A stretch of 64,000 nt of DNA from Trueperaceae bacterium (lineage in GTDB: Bacteria > Deinococcota > Deinococci > Deinococcales > Trueperaceae), in contig OZ243956.1 of NCBI GenBank assembly GCA_965214405.1, forward strand, positions 1,792,001 to 1,856,000. The letters run 5' to 3'. Below the pieces are notes generated by a model. The model ran no database searches, was not told where the DNA came from, and was given only the letters and a program-made list of their open reading frames with translations. Both the position numbers and the translations under genes were made by a program. Shown here piece by piece: positions 9,241 to 19,427 of the stretch; positions within the stretch are counted from its first letter, which is position 1; each line of letters opens with the position of its first letter.

Positions 9241-11421
9241 ATGAAAACAGTTCTTATGAAATATTTTATTGTCAGCCTTTTCGTTCTCACGCCCCTTTTC
9301 GCGGCTGCTCAGGGTGCCCAAACCGCCCAGAGAGCGCAAGACGTCACGCGCTTGGTCGTGCTGCCTTTCGATGTGTCGGGTCCCGCGGAGGTCTACCGGG
9401 CGGGGCTCGCTACCGCGCTCCAACGCGGTCTCAACGTGATAGACGGGGTTTACGTGCCGCCCGTCGGGGACGCGCTGCTGGTGTTCGGGCGGCTGAGCGA
9501 CCAGAACAGCGTGAGCGCCGAGGCTGTGGCGGAGGCTTTCGGGGCCTCCACCATTGTGAGCGGACGAGTGACGTTAGCGGGCTCGCAGGCCACCGTGCTG
9601 CTGAGCTTCGCGGGACCCGCGTATCCGCAACCCGCCGAGCGCACACTCACGGTAGGCGCGGACGACCCGGCGGCGCTCGTAGGGGACGTGCTCGACGCGG
9701 TGGTAGACGGGCTGGGGCTGCGTTTGAGCGGCGGCGACCGGGGGGAACTCGACGCCGTGGCCGCGCAAACACCGTCCTTGCCGTCGCTGGGCGCGGTGGG
9801 CACGGCCTCGTTGCGGCTTCCGGCGTTTGACCCGGCGGCTTTGGCCGCGGCGGCGAGTCTGGACGGCGACTCGAGCTGGGTCCTCTCGGAACAGGCGCGC
9901 GCGCTCCTGTTGAGTGGCGATCAGGCGGGCGCGCTCACGACCTCGCAAGCGGCGATTGACGCCGCGCCTCAAGATATCGAAGCGCTCGTCACGCGCGGGC
10001 TCATCTTGCTCGCAACCGGAGACGCCGCCACCGCGCGGCAAGCCTTTGAGGCGGCGCAAACGCTCAACCCCGCGCACGCGCTCGCGTTGCAGGGCCTGGG
10101 CCGGACGGCGGCGGATCCGGCGGATTACGGGGCGGCGCTCAACGCGTATCCGCGTTTGGTGGAGGCGTATATCGACTTAGCGGCGCTCGAGGGCCAGAGC
10201 GACCCGCGCCGCGCGCTCCAGACGCTGCGGGGCGGCGCGGACCGGGTGCCCGATTCGCTGGGGCTCAAACGCGCCTTTATCGGCCTCGCCATCCAGCAGG
10301 GTGACCCCGCGGGCGCGCTCTCGTACCTCCAAACAGAAGTCCAGGACGAGGCGGCGCGCTCGCCTGACCTTTACGCGCTCGCGGCAGGTTTGCCGAGCGA
10401 ATACGGAACGCAGGCGCTCGAGCTCGTGAGAGAGGGCCGCACCGCCTATCCGGACGACGCCACGCTGGCGCTCGCCGAAGCCTCGCTGCTGTCGCAAAGC
10501 GGCGACGCGGCGGGCGCGCAGAGCGTGCTTGCCGACGCCTACGCCAGGGACCCCCAAAACGCGGGGCTCGCCAACGAACTCGCCATCGCCCAGGCGCGCG
10601 CGGGCAATCTGGACGCGGCCAGGGCGACTTTGGAAACCGTGCCCGGCGTGTCGGGCGGCTCCAACGTGACGTTGGGCGTCAACTTGGCGCAAATCTACCT
10701 CCAAGCAGGTCAAGCGGATGCGGCGATTGGTACCTTAGAACCCCTTCTCACCCGCGCGCCGGACGACGCGGGGCTCTATGCGCTTTACGGCACCGCCTTG
10801 GGCCGCGCCGGGCGCTACGACCAGGCGCTCAACGCGCTCGACCGGGCGCTCGAGCTAGAGCCGAACAACGCGCAGGCCACGGCGGCGCGGAGCGCGGTCG
10901 AGCAGCAGCGCTCGCTCACCGGGGGCCAGCGCCTCGCCTACAGCGGCGAGACCGCGACCGCCGTTAACGAGGGCCTGAGCGCCGTTGAGGCAGGAAACTT
11001 TGCGGAGGCCGCCACCGCGTTTGGGCGCGCGAGGAATCTCGAGGGTGAAAACAGCAACGACGGCTTTATCCCCTTTTACGAGGCCTACGCGCTCCAGCGG
11101 ACCAACCGCGTCCGCGAGGCGATTCCTCTGTACGAAAAAGCTCTGGAGACGTTTGCCGACAACGACACGGTGCTCAATAATCTGGGCTACGCCTACGTGC
11201 AGACGGGCCGTTACGACCGGGCGCTCGAGTACCTCACCCGCGCCACCGAGGCCAATCCCGACAATAGCCAGGCACAACTCAACTTGGGCGGTGTTTACTA
11301 TCAGCTCAACCGTTACCCACAGGCCATCGCCGCCTGGGAACGCGCCGTCGCGCTCGACGCCAGCCTGACTGAAACTTTGAACCCACTGCTCGAGGACGCG
11401 CGCGGGCGAGTGAGCCAGTGA
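9241..11421 (+). CDS. Secreted tetratricopeptide-repeat protein with N-terminal TolB/FlgO-like domain
   Basis: Signal peptide, LVVLPFD strand, many TPRs (NNLGYAY, LNLGGVY); start at 9241 or 9256. Confidence 0.85.
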   Translation: MKTVLMKYFIVSLFVLTPLFAAAQGAQTAQRAQDVTRLVVLPFDVSGPAEVYRAGLATALQRGLNVIDGVYVPPVGDALLVFGRLSDQNSVSAEAVAEAFGASTIVSGRVTLAGSQATVLLSFAGPAYPQPAERTLTVGADDPAALVGDVLDAVVDGLGLRLSGGDRGELDAVAAQTPSLPSLGAVGTASLRLPAFDPAALAAAASLDGDSSWVLSEQARALLLSGDQAGALTTSQAAIDAAPQDIEALVTRGLILLATGDAATARQAFEAAQTLNPAHALALQGLGRTAADPADYGAALNAYPRLVEAYIDLAALEGQSDPRRALQTLRGGADRVPDSLGLKRAFIGLAIQQGDPAGALSYLQTEVQDEAARSPDLYALAAGLPSEYGTQALELVREGRTAYPDDATLALAEASLLSQSGDAAGAQSVLADAYARDPQNAGLANELAIAQARAGNLDAARATLETVPGVSGGSNVTLGVNLAQIYLQAGQADAAIGTLEPLLTRAPDDAGLYALYGTALGRAGRYDQALNALDRALELEPNNAQATAARSAVEQQRSLTGGQRLAYSGETATAVNEGLSAVEAGNFAEAATAFGRARNLEGENSNDGFIPFYEAYALQRTNRVREAIPLYEKALETFADNDTVLNNLGYAYVQTGRYDRALEYLTRATEANPDNSQAQLNLGGVYYQLNRYPQAIAAWERAVALDASLTETLNPLLEDARGRVSQ

Positions 11422-11507
11422 CGCTCCATCCCCTGTCTCTTTGCCTCCTCCGCTCCTCACCCGAAAGGCGGAGGAGGTGACCCAAGCCAGCGGGTTAGAC
11501 TAGCCTC

Positions 11508-12593
11508 ATGAGCATTCGCACCGAGGTCCGCGCCGCGCCGCCGTACCACTTCACGGCGCGGCCTTATGCTGTCAAGCTCGACCAAAATGAGTCGCCTTAC
11601 GACCTGCCGCCCGCGCTCAAAAAGCGTGCGGTTGAGCGGCTTTTAGACCTCCCCTTTCACCGCTACCCCGAGATGCAGGCCGAGAGTCTACGCGCCGCGC
11701 TCGCCGACTTTTATGGCTGGCCCGAGGCGGGCGTGCTCGTGAGTAGCGGCTCGAACGTTCTCATCCAGGCTATCGTCGCCGCTTGCGGCATCGGGCGGAG
11801 GGTGCTGACGGTCGCGCCGACCTTTTCGGTCTACAGCCTGCAAGCCCACCTTTTGGGGGCCGAACTGACTGAGGTGCCGCTGCTCGAGGATTTCTCGCTT
11901 CCTGTGGACAGCTTGCTGGAGGAGATGGAGCGCGGCGAAGGCGTTCTTTTTCTCGCTAATCCCGCCGCGCCGACGGGCAACCTTATTCCGGAAGCGCAAC
12001 TCGTCACGCTTATCGAACGCGCCGCGCCGCGCTGGACCGTCGTCATTGACGAGGCATATCACCAGTTCTCACGTACGGACGCTCGAGGGCTTCTCAAACG
12101 CTACCCCCACGTGGTGAGTTTACGCACCTTTAGCAAAGCCTTTGGCTTGGGCGGCGTGAGGCTCGGCTACGCGCTCGCGCAGCCCGCGTTAACCGAACAA
12201 ATCGGTAAGCTCCTGCTCCCCTTTTCCGTCTCGGCGCTCCAGATTGCGCTGGGGCTGACGGTGTTAGAAGATGCGGGATATTTAGAGCCGCGTATTGGGG
12301 AGGTTGAAGGGGAGCGCGCTCGAGTCTACGAGGCGCTGAACGCGCTTCGAAACGTCCACGTTTATCCGTCGGTCACAAATTTTCTACTTTTTCGCGTGGG
12401 GGACGCCGAATCGTTCTACAACGGCCTTCTCGCCCAGGGCGTCCTCATTCGCCGCCAGGACCATCTGCCGGGCCTTACCGGCTGCCTGCGCGTGTCCATC
12501 GGCACGCCGGAGGAGAATGGGGCTTTTTTAGAGGCGGCGCGGCGGGTGGCGCAAGAACGGGACGCTCGAGAACAGGAGGTCGCGCATGGCTAA
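11508..12593 (+). CDS. hisC: Histidinol-phosphate aminotransferase
   Basis: KLDQNESP, IDEAY, RTFSKAFGL.G.RLGY; overlaps hisB. Confidence 0.95.
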   Translation: MSIRTEVRAAPPYHFTARPYAVKLDQNESPYDLPPALKKRAVERLLDLPFHRYPEMQAESLRAALADFYGWPEAGVLVSSGSNVLIQAIVAACGIGRRVLTVAPTFSVYSLQAHLLGAELTEVPLLEDFSLPVDSLLEEMERGEGVLFLANPAAPTGNLIPEAQLVTLIERAAPRWTVVIDEAYHQFSRTDARGLLKRYPHVVSLRTFSKAFGLGGVRLGYALAQPALTEQIGKLLLPFSVSALQIALGLTVLEDAGYLEPRIGEVEGERARVYEALNALRNVHVYPSVTNFLLFRVGDAESFYNGLLAQGVLIRRQDHLPGLTGCLRVSIGTPEENGAFLEAARRVAQERDAREQEVAHG

Positions 12594-13200
12594 AGGATCC
12601 TTGGAGGCTGTCGCCTTCCCTCCCAGAACCGCCACCATCAAACGCGACACGCGCGAGACGCAGCTCGAGGTCACCCTAGACCTTGAGGGCGCACCGGGCG
12701 GTGAGGCGCGAACCGGACACGGCTTTTTAGACCATATGTTGGAGCAGCTTATCCGTCACGGCAAGTTTAGGCTCGACGTGAGGGGCAAGGGTGACTTGGA
12801 AGTGGACGTTCACCACTTGGCCGAGGACACGGGCATCGTCTTGGGCCAAGCCTTCCGTGAGGCGCTGGGCGAGCGGCGCGGCGTGGAGCGCTACGCCGAC
12901 GCCTGGGTGCCGATGGACGAAACGCTGGCGCACGTGGTTTTGGACCTTTCCGGTCGGCCCTACATCGCGTTCGAGCCGGGCGGGTTCGAGGGCTCGAGCA
13001 GAGGCTTCAACGTCCACCACCTCCGCGAATTCCTGCGCGGCTTCTGCAACCACGCGGGCGCGACGATGCACGTGCGCGTGCTTTCGGGCATTGAAACGCA
13101 TCATGTAAATGAGGCAGTCATGAAAGCTTTCGCGCGCGCGCTCCACCAGGCCACCCGCGTCACGTCAGACGTGCTCCCCTCAACCAAAGGGATGCTGTGA
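12586..13200 (+). CDS. hisB: Imidazoleglycerol-phosphate dehydratase
   Basis: FLDHML, DVHHLAED, PMDE, HHVNEA.MKA, PSTKG. Confidence 0.98.
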   Translation: MAKGSLEAVAFPPRTATIKRDTRETQLEVTLDLEGAPGGEARTGHGFLDHMLEQLIRHGKFRLDVRGKGDLEVDVHHLAEDTGIVLGQAFREALGERRGVERYADAWVPMDETLAHVVLDLSGRPYIAFEPGGFEGSSRGFNVHHLREFLRGFCNHAGATMHVRVLSGIETHHVNEAVMKAFARALHQATRVTSDVLPSTKGML

Positions 13201-13300
13201 GGTGCGTTGCGCAGAGGGTGAGCCAGAGCAAGAAGCCGGGAGTGAAAAGTACCGAGTGCTGAGTGGGAAGTAGATAGGAATTTTAAGTGAGAAGTTTCGA

Positions 13301-13933
13301 ATGAAAAGCATCCTCATCGACTACGGCGCGGGCAATCTCCACAGCGTTCACAAGGCGCTCTTGGCGGCGGGGCTCGAAGCTAAACGCTCTGACGACCCGC
13401 TCGAGGCCGCCCATGCGGACGTGCTCATCCTCCCCGGTCAGGGTCACTTCCGACAGGTAATGGAGGCATTTCTTACGTCCGGTTTTGAGCCGGTGGTGCG
13501 GGCACATCTGGAAGCGCGCAAGCCGTTTTTGGGTATCTGTGTGGGCCTGCAACTGCTTATGGAAACGTCCGAAGAAGCGCCGGGGGTGCCGGGGCTGAGT
13601 TTACTAAAGGGCACCGTCAAACGCTTTGACGACCCCACCGTGAGCGTGCCGCAGATGGGCTGGAACGAGATTCGGCCCGTCGGCGAGCCCGCGCTGCTGG
13701 CGGGCCTGCCCAACCCCATGTTCGCCTACTTCGCCAACTCGTACTACGTCGAGTTTACCGATTTAGACACCGTCTCCGGCGCGGTGACCGAATACGGGCG
13801 CACGCGCTTCAAGAGCGCCGTGTCGCAGGGCCACCTGCACGCGACGCAGTTTCACCCCGAGAAGAGTCAGGCGGTGGGGCTGAATATTTTAGGAAATTTT
13901 CGCCGCATCGCTGAGGGGCTGTTGGTGCATTAA
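13301..13933 (+). CDS. hisH: Imidazole glycerol phosphate synthase subunit HisH
   Basis: DYGAGNL.SV, GICVG.Q, QMGWN, QFHPEKS. Confidence 0.98.
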   Translation: MKSILIDYGAGNLHSVHKALLAAGLEAKRSDDPLEAAHADVLILPGQGHFRQVMEAFLTSGFEPVVRAHLEARKPFLGICVGLQLLMETSEEAPGVPGLSLLKGTVKRFDDPTVSVPQMGWNEIRPVGEPALLAGLPNPMFAYFANSYYVEFTDLDTVSGAVTEYGRTRFKSAVSQGHLHATQFHPEKSQAVGLNILGNFRRIAEGLLVH

Positions 13934-14025
13934 TGAGGTGGGGAGAGAGGGAATTAGGGAGATGGGGTTAAAGCTTTTTCTCCCAATCTCCCGTGCCCCC
14001 TAATTCTCCCCCTCGAGCCAAACGT

Positions 14026-14493
14026 TTAGAGGATGCTAACGAGGTAACTCTCTTGGCCTGTAGGGCTGAAACCGACCGCCTCGAGCGCTTCCCTGGGGGC
14101 CAGCGAATCTTCAGTGGGCGAAAACGTCACCTCGCCGCAGCCCAGCGCCTGACACGCGCCGAGGGCCTGCTCGAGCAGCGCGTGCGGCACCGCGCCCCCC
14201 TCCCAACCGCGCCGGACGACGAGGCGGTCGATAAACCCGCTCGGCGCGTCGTCAAATAAACCCCAGCGGGTCCAGAGGGACACGCAGCCTAGGATTTGCC
14301 CCGCCCCTTCTCCTTCAGCCACCTCTTCAGCGACCAACAGCGCCGTTCCGGGTTGGGACAAGAGACGTAGCAAGTTGGTATTGAGCGCGCCCGTCAGCGC
14401 GCCCGTTAGCTCGGGTTGCCCCAGAAGCTCGGCCAGGAGTCCGGCCAGCGCCTTGTGGTCGGCGGGTCTGGCGGCTCTCACGGCAAAGGTCAC
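14026..14493 (-). CDS. GNAT-family N-acetyltransferase
   Basis: VRAARPAD..AL..LL.EL, FIDRLVV....G.....LL; GTG start chosen from the TATGCT box 6 nt upstream. Confidence 0.8.
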   Translation of the reverse strand: MTFAVRAARPADHKALAGLLAELLGQPELTGALTGALNTNLLRLLSQPGTALLVAEEVAEGEGAGQILGCVSLWTRWGLFDDAPSGFIDRLVVRRGWEGGAVPHALLEQALGACQALGCGEVTFSPTEDSLAPREALEAVGFSPTGQESYLVSIL

Positions 14494-14551
14494 CCGAGTA
14501 GCATATCCGACATTGTCATATTTAGAACCGTGCGGGGTTATGATGCCCTCG

Positions 14552-15313
14552 ATGTTGCAGCGCGCTACGCTCTCCTTTTCCACCTTTTTCGTTGTTCTGA
14601 CTTCCGTCACGCTGGCTTTTGTCACGCTGGCTTCCCTCACCTTAGCGTCGGCGCAGGCTGCGACAGGAGCCTGGACGGTGCAAACGGGTGCGTTCCGTGA
14701 CCCCGCGGAGGCCGCCAAGCATGTGAGGAGCCTCGAGGGGCTCGGTCTAAACGCCTATACGGAAGCCGTGACGATAGGCCAAGACCCCTATCTGCGCGTG
14801 CGGGCGGGCTGCTTCTTAAACAAGGAGGGCGCGGACGCGGTCACCCTTCTGCTGCGTCAGCGCCCCGGAGAAGAGGCGGCGGTGACGGCCCCGCTAAGCC
14901 CGGACGCGCCCGCGAGGCTTTGCGCGGCTTATGAACTTGGCTTCCGCCCCCCCGAAGATTGGGAGGTCGTGTCGCGCACGCGAGACGGGATTCTCTTTCG
15001 GGTGGCGCGCGGGACCCACCGGGGTTTCGTCGCGTTTGACGGGGCGTCGGGCGCGTCTAGCGGGCGCTGGCGGGTGCTTCAGGAGAGCGAGCGGGCGCGT
15101 TGGGAAGCGGGCTTTGTCGCGGCACCCCAAGATTTGCGCAGCCAAGCTTTTGAGATGAGCGAAAGTGGCGGGTTTCTCAGGGCGCGCACCCTTCGCGGTG
15201 AAACGCTCATAGTGGGGGCGGGTACACTCCTCTGGCAGGGCGACCGCGTGGCCGTGGCGCAGCTTGAAGACATGGTGGTGGCGATTCGGCTCGAGGCGAG
15301 GCCATACCGATGA
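14552..15313 (+). CDS. SPOR-domain exported protein
   Basis: Hydrophobic N-terminus, then WTVQTGAFRD...A......L...G...YLRVRAGCF; start uncertain (14540-14552). Confidence 0.75.
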   Translation: MLQRATLSFSTFFVVLTSVTLAFVTLASLTLASAQAATGAWTVQTGAFRDPAEAAKHVRSLEGLGLNAYTEAVTIGQDPYLRVRAGCFLNKEGADAVTLLLRQRPGEEAAVTAPLSPDAPARLCAAYELGFRPPEDWEVVSRTRDGILFRVARGTHRGFVAFDGASGASSGRWRVLQESERARWEAGFVAAPQDLRSQAFEMSESGGFLRARTLRGETLIVGAGTLLWQGDRVAVAQLEDMVVAIRLEARPYR

Positions 15314-15439
15314 GGCCATACTGATGAGGCTGTGTTAGATGAGGGTATTGAGTGGGAATATTGTGAAAAGTCGTAAAAGCTCAAAGCAAAATCAAAAGAA
15401 CCTTCGTGAGAACCCTGGCAGCTCGAGACGGCAGGTAAA

Positions 15440-16504
15440 GTGATGCGACAGGATGTAGAACAGGGCAGTAAAGGTCGAGAAGGGGTTCAAGACGAGGCTC
15501 GAGTGGACACGCAACAAAATACGTTACAGGATACAGGTCAAAATCCAGTACGGTTCGTGGTGCTCACGGGACTCAGCGGCGCGGGCAAAACCACGGCGCT
15601 TCACGCGCTGGAAGACCTGGGCTACTTTACGGTCGACAATTTGCCCCCCGCCCTCTGGCCTGAGCTCATCGCCTCCTTGCGGCTCGAGGGGCAGACGCGC
15701 GTGGTCGTCGGGGTTGACGTGCGGAGTCGGGCATTTTTAGATGGCGTGGAAAACACGTTACGCGTTCTTCAGGAAACAGGCGTGAAACCGGAAGTGGTAT
15801 TTCTCGAGGCCTCCGACGACGTGCTGGTGGGGCGCTACAACTTCACCCGGCGCACGCATCCGCTGGGCGAGGCGTCCTTGTCCGAAGATATTATTTTTGA
15901 GCGGCGTACACTTTCGTCCTTGCGCGCGCTCGCCGACGTGGTCTTAGACACCTCCGCCTTTTCGGCGCGGCGGCTCACCGACGAGCTGCGCGAGCGTTAC
16001 GGGGGTGAGAGGCAGTTTCACCTGCGGCTCGTGTCATTTGGCTTTAAGCGGGGCGTGCCCATCGACGCGGACAACGTGTTCGACCTGCGCGCGCTGCCTA
16101 ATCCCTTTTACGACCCCGCGCTCCGGCCTTTGGACGGCCGGGACGCGGCGGTGCAGGCGTTTGTCTTCTCCCCCGAGGGGCTGGCCTTTTACAGCGAGCT
16201 TCGCAACTTTGTGAGGTTTTTAGCGCTGGGGGCCAGAAACACAGGCCGGGGAAGCTACACCGTCGCGGTCGGTTGCACGGGCGGCCAGCACCGCTCGGTG
16301 GCGGTGGCCGAGCGCCTGCACCGCGACCTGGCCGAGGCATTCGCCACCCACACCGACCACCGCGACGTTGACGAGGCGTTAGCAGAGCATAAGACAGAAC
16401 ATAAGACAGAACATAGGGCGGACCACAAGGTGACCGAGTCCGACGCGAAAGGACGGGGCGGGGCAGCAGGACCCAAGACCGTCACGCAAGGGCGGGAGGC
16501 GTGA
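15440..16504 (+). CDS. rapZ: RNase adapter / P-loop ATPase RapZ
   Basis: TGLSGAGKT, DNLPP, TRRTHPL, SFGFK.G.P, GCTGGQHRSV. Confidence 0.96.
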   Translation: MMRQDVEQGSKGREGVQDEARVDTQQNTLQDTGQNPVRFVVLTGLSGAGKTTALHALEDLGYFTVDNLPPALWPELIASLRLEGQTRVVVGVDVRSRAFLDGVENTLRVLQETGVKPEVVFLEASDDVLVGRYNFTRRTHPLGEASLSEDIIFERRTLSSLRALADVVLDTSAFSARRLTDELRERYGGERQFHLRLVSFGFKRGVPIDADNVFDLRALPNPFYDPALRPLDGRDAAVQAFVFSPEGLAFYSELRNFVRFLALGARNTGRGSYTVAVGCTGGQHRSVAVAERLHRDLAEAFATHTDHRDVDEALAEHKTEHKTEHRADHKVTESDAKGRGGAAGPKTVTQGREA

Positions 16505-17865
16505 ACGTGGCGCACACGAGCCGCATGAGACACCTGCGCAACATGCGCTTCTGGCTCGTGCCCGGCATGGGCGTCAAACGTCACGTGGGACTTGCGGTGG
16601 TGGGCGCGCTGCTTTTTGTCGGGGGCGTGACCGGGCTCCTGCTTTGGGGCCTGCAGGACGAGCGGCGGGTGCTGTGGAGACCGCTCGAGACCTTCATGCT
16701 GAGTAGCCCCTGGGAACGCTTCGGCGGCTGGGGCTCGCTCCTCGTGGCCGTGATTGGCGTCGGCGTAGCGGTCGCCGCCCTGGGACGCCTCAACCGCTCC
16801 TTGTTGGCCCACTGGATGCCCCAGCCCCGCGAGGCCGCCGCGGTGCTCCACCACCGCTTGTCGCTCGCGCGGGGACCGCGCATCGTCGCGTTTGGCGGGG
16901 GCACGGGTTTATCCAACCTCTTACGGGGCTTACGCGACTATTCTTCAAACCTTACCGCGGTGGTGGCCGTGTCGGACGACGGCGGCTCCTCGGGCCGCTT
17001 GCGCGACGCCTTTGGGATGCCCGCCCCGGGTGACTTGACCGACTGCCTGGCCGCCCTGTCGGACCATGAATCGCAGGTGAGTCGGCTGCTCGAGTACCGC
17101 TTCGAGCGCGGCGGCGACCTTGCCGGGCACACCTTTGGCAACCTCCTTATCACGACCTTGACCGAGGTCGAGGGCGACTTTGCGGCGGCGATCCGCGCGC
17201 TCAACCGGCTCCTCAACTTGACCGGCGCCGTCTACCCGATGACCGCCGAGCCGGTCTCGCTGCGGGTGGTGAAGCGTTCGGGCGAGGAGATCGCGGGCGA
17301 GAGCCGCGTCCGCGAGGCCGCGGGCGCGAGTCAGCGGGTGGTGCTCGAGCCCCCCCGGCCCGCCGCCCTACGCGAGGTCTTGCGCGCGGTGGCCGCGGCC
17401 GACCTTATCGTGCTGGGTCCCGGTAGCTTATTCACAAGCACGCTGCCCCCCCTGCTCGTGCCCGGCACGCGGCGCGCGCTCCTCCAGACGAAAGCCCCGC
17501 TCGTCTACGTGTGCAACATCATGACCGAGGCGGGCGAAACGGACGGCTTTAGCGCCTGGGACCATATCGAAGGGTTGCGCGCTCACTTGGGCCGCTACCC
17601 CGACTGGGTGGTCGTCAACACGCGCCCGGTCGACGAGGCGCGCCTCGAGCGCTACCGGCAAGAAGGCGCGGAGGTCGTCACGTGGGACGCGGCCCCCTTC
17701 GCGCGAGCGGGCGTCAACGTGGCGCACCTAGACCTCTTGAGCGACGGCCCGCACGCCCAGCACGATTCCGCCGGGCTCGCCCGCTGGCTCGCGCGCCACG
17801 CGCAAAGGCAAGCTCAGACCAAGGCTCAAACCCAAACGCCAACCGACCTCCTGGAGACCGCATGA
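16501..17865 (+). CDS. yvcK: YvcK/CofD-like UDP-GlcNAc-binding gluconeogenesis factor with N-terminal membrane region
   Basis: GGGTGL, DDGGSSG.LR, GHTFGNL, GPGSLFTS. Confidence 0.95.
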   Translation: MNVAHTSRMRHLRNMRFWLVPGMGVKRHVGLAVVGALLFVGGVTGLLLWGLQDERRVLWRPLETFMLSSPWERFGGWGSLLVAVIGVGVAVAALGRLNRSLLAHWMPQPREAAAVLHHRLSLARGPRIVAFGGGTGLSNLLRGLRDYSSNLTAVVAVSDDGGSSGRLRDAFGMPAPGDLTDCLAALSDHESQVSRLLEYRFERGGDLAGHTFGNLLITTLTEVEGDFAAAIRALNRLLNLTGAVYPMTAEPVSLRVVKRSGEEIAGESRVREAAGASQRVVLEPPRPAALREVLRAVAAADLIVLGPGSLFTSTLPPLLVPGTRRALLQTKAPLVYVCNIMTEAGETDGFSAWDHIEGLRAHLGRYPDWVVVNTRPVDEARLERYRQEGAEVVTWDAAPFARAGVNVAHLDLLSDGPHAQHDSAGLARWLARHAQRQAQTKAQTQTPTDLLETA

Positions 17866-19208
17866 CCGCCCCATCCCCCTTCAAACCTCTCATCTTTTTG
17901 GTCTTGCTGACGCTGCTGTGGGCACTTCCGTCAGTCGCTTTGGCGGTCACGCTGCCCGACCCCACGGGCGACGCCGTCGGCAACGGCAGCTTGGCCTTAC
18001 CGACGGCCCCCGTGTACCGCAGAAACGCGTTCGACCTGCTTAGTGTGGCGGTGCCTGACGCGCCCGACCTGCTCCTCGACGTGACGATGGCGAGCCTTGA
18101 CAATCCCTGGCGGCTGCCCAACGGTTTTTCGCTTCCCGTCATCGAAATTTATCTGGACACGGCTGATGACGCAGGACAAACCGAGCTTCTTTACGGCGAG
18201 GCGGGCTCGAGGATGAGCCTGCCCGCGGGCGTCGCTTGGGACTACGCGTTTTACGTTACCGGCGACGCCTTCCGGGTTTTCTCGGGCGAGACCGGGGAGC
18301 CTGTGGACGTGACTCGGAGCGTGGGCGCGACGGTAGCGCGCGAGGGCAACACGCTTCACCTCACCACCCGCCTGCCCCGTCCGGCTCGAGAGGATATATA
18401 CGCCATAGTCGGCTCGTACGACCCGCTGACCGAGAGCGGCTGGCGGCCCGTGACCCGCACGCCCTCGCCCGGCACGCTCTCGAGCCCCACCCAGGTGGTG
18501 CGCGCGGTCGACGTGCTTGCCGAGACGCTCGAGGCGCAAGAGGGCGCGATAAGCAGCGGCGTGCTGCCCCGCCCCGCGCGGCGCGGGGCGCGAAACAGCG
18601 GCTGGCTTCTGCTGAGCGCCGCGGGCCTCTTGCTGAGCCTCGTGGGCATCGGCCTCCGCGTGCGGATGCGCGCGCCGCGAAAATCCGTGCTGCTTACAGA
18701 AGCACCCACCCGCGTGCGGGAGGAAAATTACACAGAAGAAATTGAAGCCGAAGAGGTTGAAGCCGCGCCCAAACGTGTACCCTACGAAGCCCCGCCCAAA
18801 AACCCTGCACCTCAGAGATATACGACGGTTCCCCTTGAAACGCCCGATCCTCCCGTCACGCCGCCCCCGCCAGCACCTGAACCTGCGAAGAGCATTCCGG
18901 TGCTCGAGCTTCCCCTCTACAAGCCGACGATTGTCGGCGCTTCCTCCGGAGCCTCTGCCAACGTCCCTGCCGAAGCTTCTCGGCAGTCGAATCCTACGCC
19001 CGTTGAGGATGCGTCACGAGAACAAGGTGAGGCGCCAGAGGCGTCTGAGTCACCCGCTGTGCATGTTCCTACGGCCCTCCATCTACCTCGCCACGACGCG
19101 CCGCCCGACCGCTTAGGCGCGTTTGGCGCGACGCTGGACGAGTCACCCGACAGCGACTGGCGTATCTGGTCCACCGGCCCCGGCGACGCCAAAGCGCGTG
19201 ACAAATAA
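17862..19208 (+). CDS. Membrane-anchored glucodextranase DOMON-like domain protein with Pro/Glu-rich tail
   Basis: Signal peptide, DPTGDA.G...P, NPW..PNGFS...IEIYLD, TM segment; ATGA overlap with yvcK. Confidence 0.75.
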   Translation: MTAPSPFKPLIFLVLLTLLWALPSVALAVTLPDPTGDAVGNGSLALPTAPVYRRNAFDLLSVAVPDAPDLLLDVTMASLDNPWRLPNGFSLPVIEIYLDTADDAGQTELLYGEAGSRMSLPAGVAWDYAFYVTGDAFRVFSGETGEPVDVTRSVGATVAREGNTLHLTTRLPRPAREDIYAIVGSYDPLTESGWRPVTRTPSPGTLSSPTQVVRAVDVLAETLEAQEGAISSGVLPRPARRGARNSGWLLLSAAGLLLSLVGIGLRVRMRAPRKSVLLTEAPTRVREENYTEEIEAEEVEAAPKRVPYEAPPKNPAPQRYTTVPLETPDPPVTPPPPAPEPAKSIPVLELPLYKPTIVGASSGASANVPAEASRQSNPTPVEDASREQGEAPEASESPAVHVPTALHLPRHDAPPDRLGAFGATLDESPDSDWRIWSTGPGDAKARDK

Positions 19209-19427
19209 AGAAAAGAGTGAAGAAGGGGTGAAGCGTGCGTAAAATAGCAGACTGAACGCCGCGTGTGCTCTTCTATACTGGAGGCGTCAGAGCTCTTTAT
19301 GAACATATCCACATTTGGCAACCTTAGCAAAGCGTATAAGAGAGTACAAAAAGCTGTTAATACCACAAGTGGGCACCACAACGCGTAGAAACCTACAAAG
19401 TAGAAACATAGAGAATGGAGGACGAGT

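Noticed and set aside
15440..19208. rapZ-yvcK lacking whiA as a novel operon
   Set aside because: whiA linkage is typical of Firmicutes and Actinobacteria; its absence in this lineage is unremarkable.
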